A stretch of 62,284 nucleotides of DNA, the filler included. It is 9 parts of 9 records of this genome, joined end to end, with 100 filler letters (N's around TTAATTAATTAA, not from the genome) between each part and the next. Parts side by side here need not be neighbours in the genome. Positions count along the whole stretch, not along the records: positions 54,721 to 62,284 come from SRR31156797_37396; 8 more parts are not named here. The stretch is one strand, 5' to 3'. Below the pieces are notes generated by a model. It saw nothing but the letters and a program-made list of their open reading frames with translations, was not told the DNA's origin and ran no database searches. Shown in pieces: positions 60,548-62,284 of the stretch (within the stretch, counting starts at the first letter, position 1; every line of letters starts with the position of its first letter). The translations under genes and the position numbers were made by a program.

Positions 60548-61603
60548 TTATCCTAAAAATAATCTATTAATATCGTTATATATACCAAGAAGCATTAGTG
60601 AAGCTAAAATTACCCATCCCATGATAGTTAAATACATAAATACTCTATCACTTGGCTTTCTTCTTGCAATAATCTCATATAGGTTAAACATAATATGTCC
60701 ACCATCAAGAGCTGGAATAGGAAGTAAATTTAATACTCCTAAGTTAACAGAAATCAAAGCAGTAATTGCAAGTAGGGCAATTATTGATGATTCACTTGCA
60801 TCTGAGATAACTTTTCCTATTGTAATAACTCCACCAATTTCACTACTTGGAATTATTCCTTGAATTAGTTTTTGAACTCCTAGGAAAATCATTTTAGATG
60901 ACTCAATTGTTTTATCCCAAGCAAAAGAGATAGCACTTATTGGGTCATGGTAAATTGTTACAATTTTTGGAGCAGGAGAGATACCAATCATTCTTTTTTT
61001 GATATTTTCCCTAAACATATTTTGTGCATCAGAGATATGAGGATTAATAACTTTAGAAATAAGTTGACCATCTCTTTTTATATAAAATTGTAAGGCACCA
61101 TTTGTAGAAGTGATAGTTTCACCTATTTGTTCCCATGTTTTAACTTCAGTGTCATTAATTCTAATGATTTCATCACCAGCTTTAATTCCAGCTTTAAGAG
61201 CAGGAGAGTTTTCTTGAACTTTCCCTACAGTAGGGCTTAAAGAGTTTGCACCTGCTAGAGCAATTACAAAGTATAAAATAGCAGCAAGAATAAAGTTTGC
61301 AAAAGGACCTGCAAAAAGTATAACTATTCTTTGCCAAGGCTTTTTATTGTTATATGAGTCACTTCCATCTTCATGAAGACCAGGTTTTGTATCATCTTGA
61401 CCTTTCATTTGAACATAACCACCAAGAGGAATTAAAGCAATTTGCCATCTTGTTCCTCTCCATACTTTAGAGTAAATTTGTTTTCCAAATCCAATTGAAA
61501 AAACATTTACAGTTACTCCAAAGTATCTTGCAGCTAAAAAATGTCCTAACTCATGAAAGAATACTAAAAATGAAAGTACAAGTAAAAAAGTTATAGTACC
61601 CAA
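60548..61603 (-). CDS. rseP: RIP metalloprotease RseP
   Basis: HELGH, AGPFAN, a PDZ domain and NLLPIPALDGGH. Confidence 0.96.
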   Translation of the reverse strand: MGTITFLLVLSFLVFFHELGHFLAARYFGVTVNVFSIGFGKQIYSKVWRGTRWQIALIPLGGYVQMKGQDDTKPGLHEDGSDSYNNKKPWQRIVILFAGPFANFILAAILYFVIALAGANSLSPTVGKVQENSPALKAGIKAGDEIIRINDTEVKTWEQIGETITSTNGALQFYIKRDGQLISKVINPHISDAQNMFRENIKKRMIGISPAPKIVTIYHDPISAISFAWDKTIESSKMIFLGVQKLIQGIIPSSEIGGVITIGKVISDASESSIIALLAITALISVNLGVLNLLPIPALDGGHIMFNLYEIIARRKPSDRVFMYLTIMGWVILASLMLLGIYNDINRLFLG

Positions 61604-61618
61604 TTGTTTTCCTTATGG

Positions 61619-62161
61619 TTATATCTTATAGTAATCTCTTAAATATTCATATCCAGAATATAAAGTTAAAATTACTGCAATCCATAAAAGTGCAGTTGCA
61701 AATGGCCAGTTCATAATTAAGAACCCTATAGCAATCATTTGAACAACAGTTTTAATTTTTCCTGCCATTGTAGAAGCAACACTTTTACCTTCACTTACAG
61801 CAACAACACGAAGTCCTGTGATAAAAAACTCCCTTGAAAGTATTAAAAATACTGCCCAAGCAGAAGCTCTATCAATAATCATAAGACCAATAAATCCAGC
61901 AAGCATTAACATTTTGTCTGCAAGTGGATCTAAAATTGCACCTAATTTTGTCATTTGATCCCATTTTCTAGCAATAAAACCATCAAAGAAATCAGTAACA
62001 GATGCAATTACAAAAATTAAACCAGCAAAGTAATCAAACCAAGAAGGGTGCCAAGAAGCAAAAAGAGAAAAGTCTCTTTCCACTAAGAACCATAGCATTA
62101 GCGGGGCTAATGCTATTCTGAAAAGAGCCAAAGCATTTGGTAAGTTTAAGGCTTTAGACAT
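61619..62161 (-). CDS. pgsA: CDP-diacylglycerol--glycerol-3-phosphate 3-phosphatidyltransferase
   Basis: NLPN, TDFFDGFIAR...GAILDPLADK, REFFITGLR and GKIKT. Confidence 0.96.
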   Translation of the reverse strand: MSKALNLPNALALFRIALAPLMLWFLVERDFSLFASWHPSWFDYFAGLIFVIASVTDFFDGFIARKWDQMTKLGAILDPLADKMLMLAGFIGLMIIDRASAWAVFLILSREFFITGLRVVAVSEGKSVASTMAGKIKTVVQMIAIGFLIMNWPFATALLWIAVILTLYSGYEYLRDYYKI

Positions 62162-62284
62162 TATTTAAACGTTGTCCCGCCATCAACGATTAGTGTATGA
62201 CCTGTAACCCATGAAGCATCATTTGTACATAAGAAGTAACAAGATTGTGCTAAGTCTTCAGGTTGACCAATTCTATTTAATGGA
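62161..62284 (-). CDS. Short-chain dehydrogenase/enoyl-ACP reductase-like protein (3' end only)
   Basis: PLNRIGQPEDLA...ASWVTGHTLIVDGGTTFK*; TAATG overlap with the pgsA start. Confidence 0.8.
   Translation of the reverse strand, partial: PLNRIGQPEDLAQSCYFLCTNDASWVTGHTLIVDGGTTFK

Overview
This window is not one locus. It is nine unrelated contig fragments joined by eight identical 100-nt artificial linkers (N44-TTAATTAATTAA-N44). Taxonomic labels below are inferred from protein similarity and base composition. (A, 1-5066) Deltaproteobacterial/Desulfobacterota-like: 3' end of hflX, then the start of an extracellular contractile injection system (eCIS) operon with sheath, tube and baseplate-like genes behind a sigma-54-type promoter. 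(B, 5167-13416) Desulfobulbaceae-like: candidate sigma-54 sRNA, cNMP-DUF4388 protein, fabB, ferritin, nitrilase-HldC fusion, CopZ-like protein, and a choice-of-anchor-I phosphatase-like gene cut by a probable IS66 end. (C, 13517-19290) Methanosarcinaceae archaeon: hisC, mptD, pssA, psd, artA, NUDIX, TFS, PCNA, priL. (D, 19391-24827) Phage/prophage internal-virion genes, including a large polyvalent protein with a PBECR-type RNase domain and a HExxH domain. (E, 24928-33493) Vibrio-type T6SS tssE-F-G-fha-J-K-L-clpV. (F, 33594-39566) and (G, 39667-46316) Low-GC Fusobacteriota-like: prfA, DUF1385, a HK-CheR-CheB-diguanylate cyclase cassette; three peptidases, EamA, ABM and GNAT genes. (H, 46417-54620) Deltaproteobacterial HIT-lapA-lapB-mutS-amidase region. 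(I, 54721-62284) Arcobacter-like trpC, lipoproteins, LRR-like protein, DUF4198, yggS, rseP, pgsA. The most striking unexplained signal is in D. Immediately after the RNase domain, the coding linker hides on its antisense strand a near-consensus sigma-70 promoter (TTGACA-17-TAAACT). Its predicted start site coincides with an 82-nt three-way-junction RNA whose G-U pairs form only on that strand. This is a candidate RNA antitoxin/decoy embedded inside a phage toxin gene.
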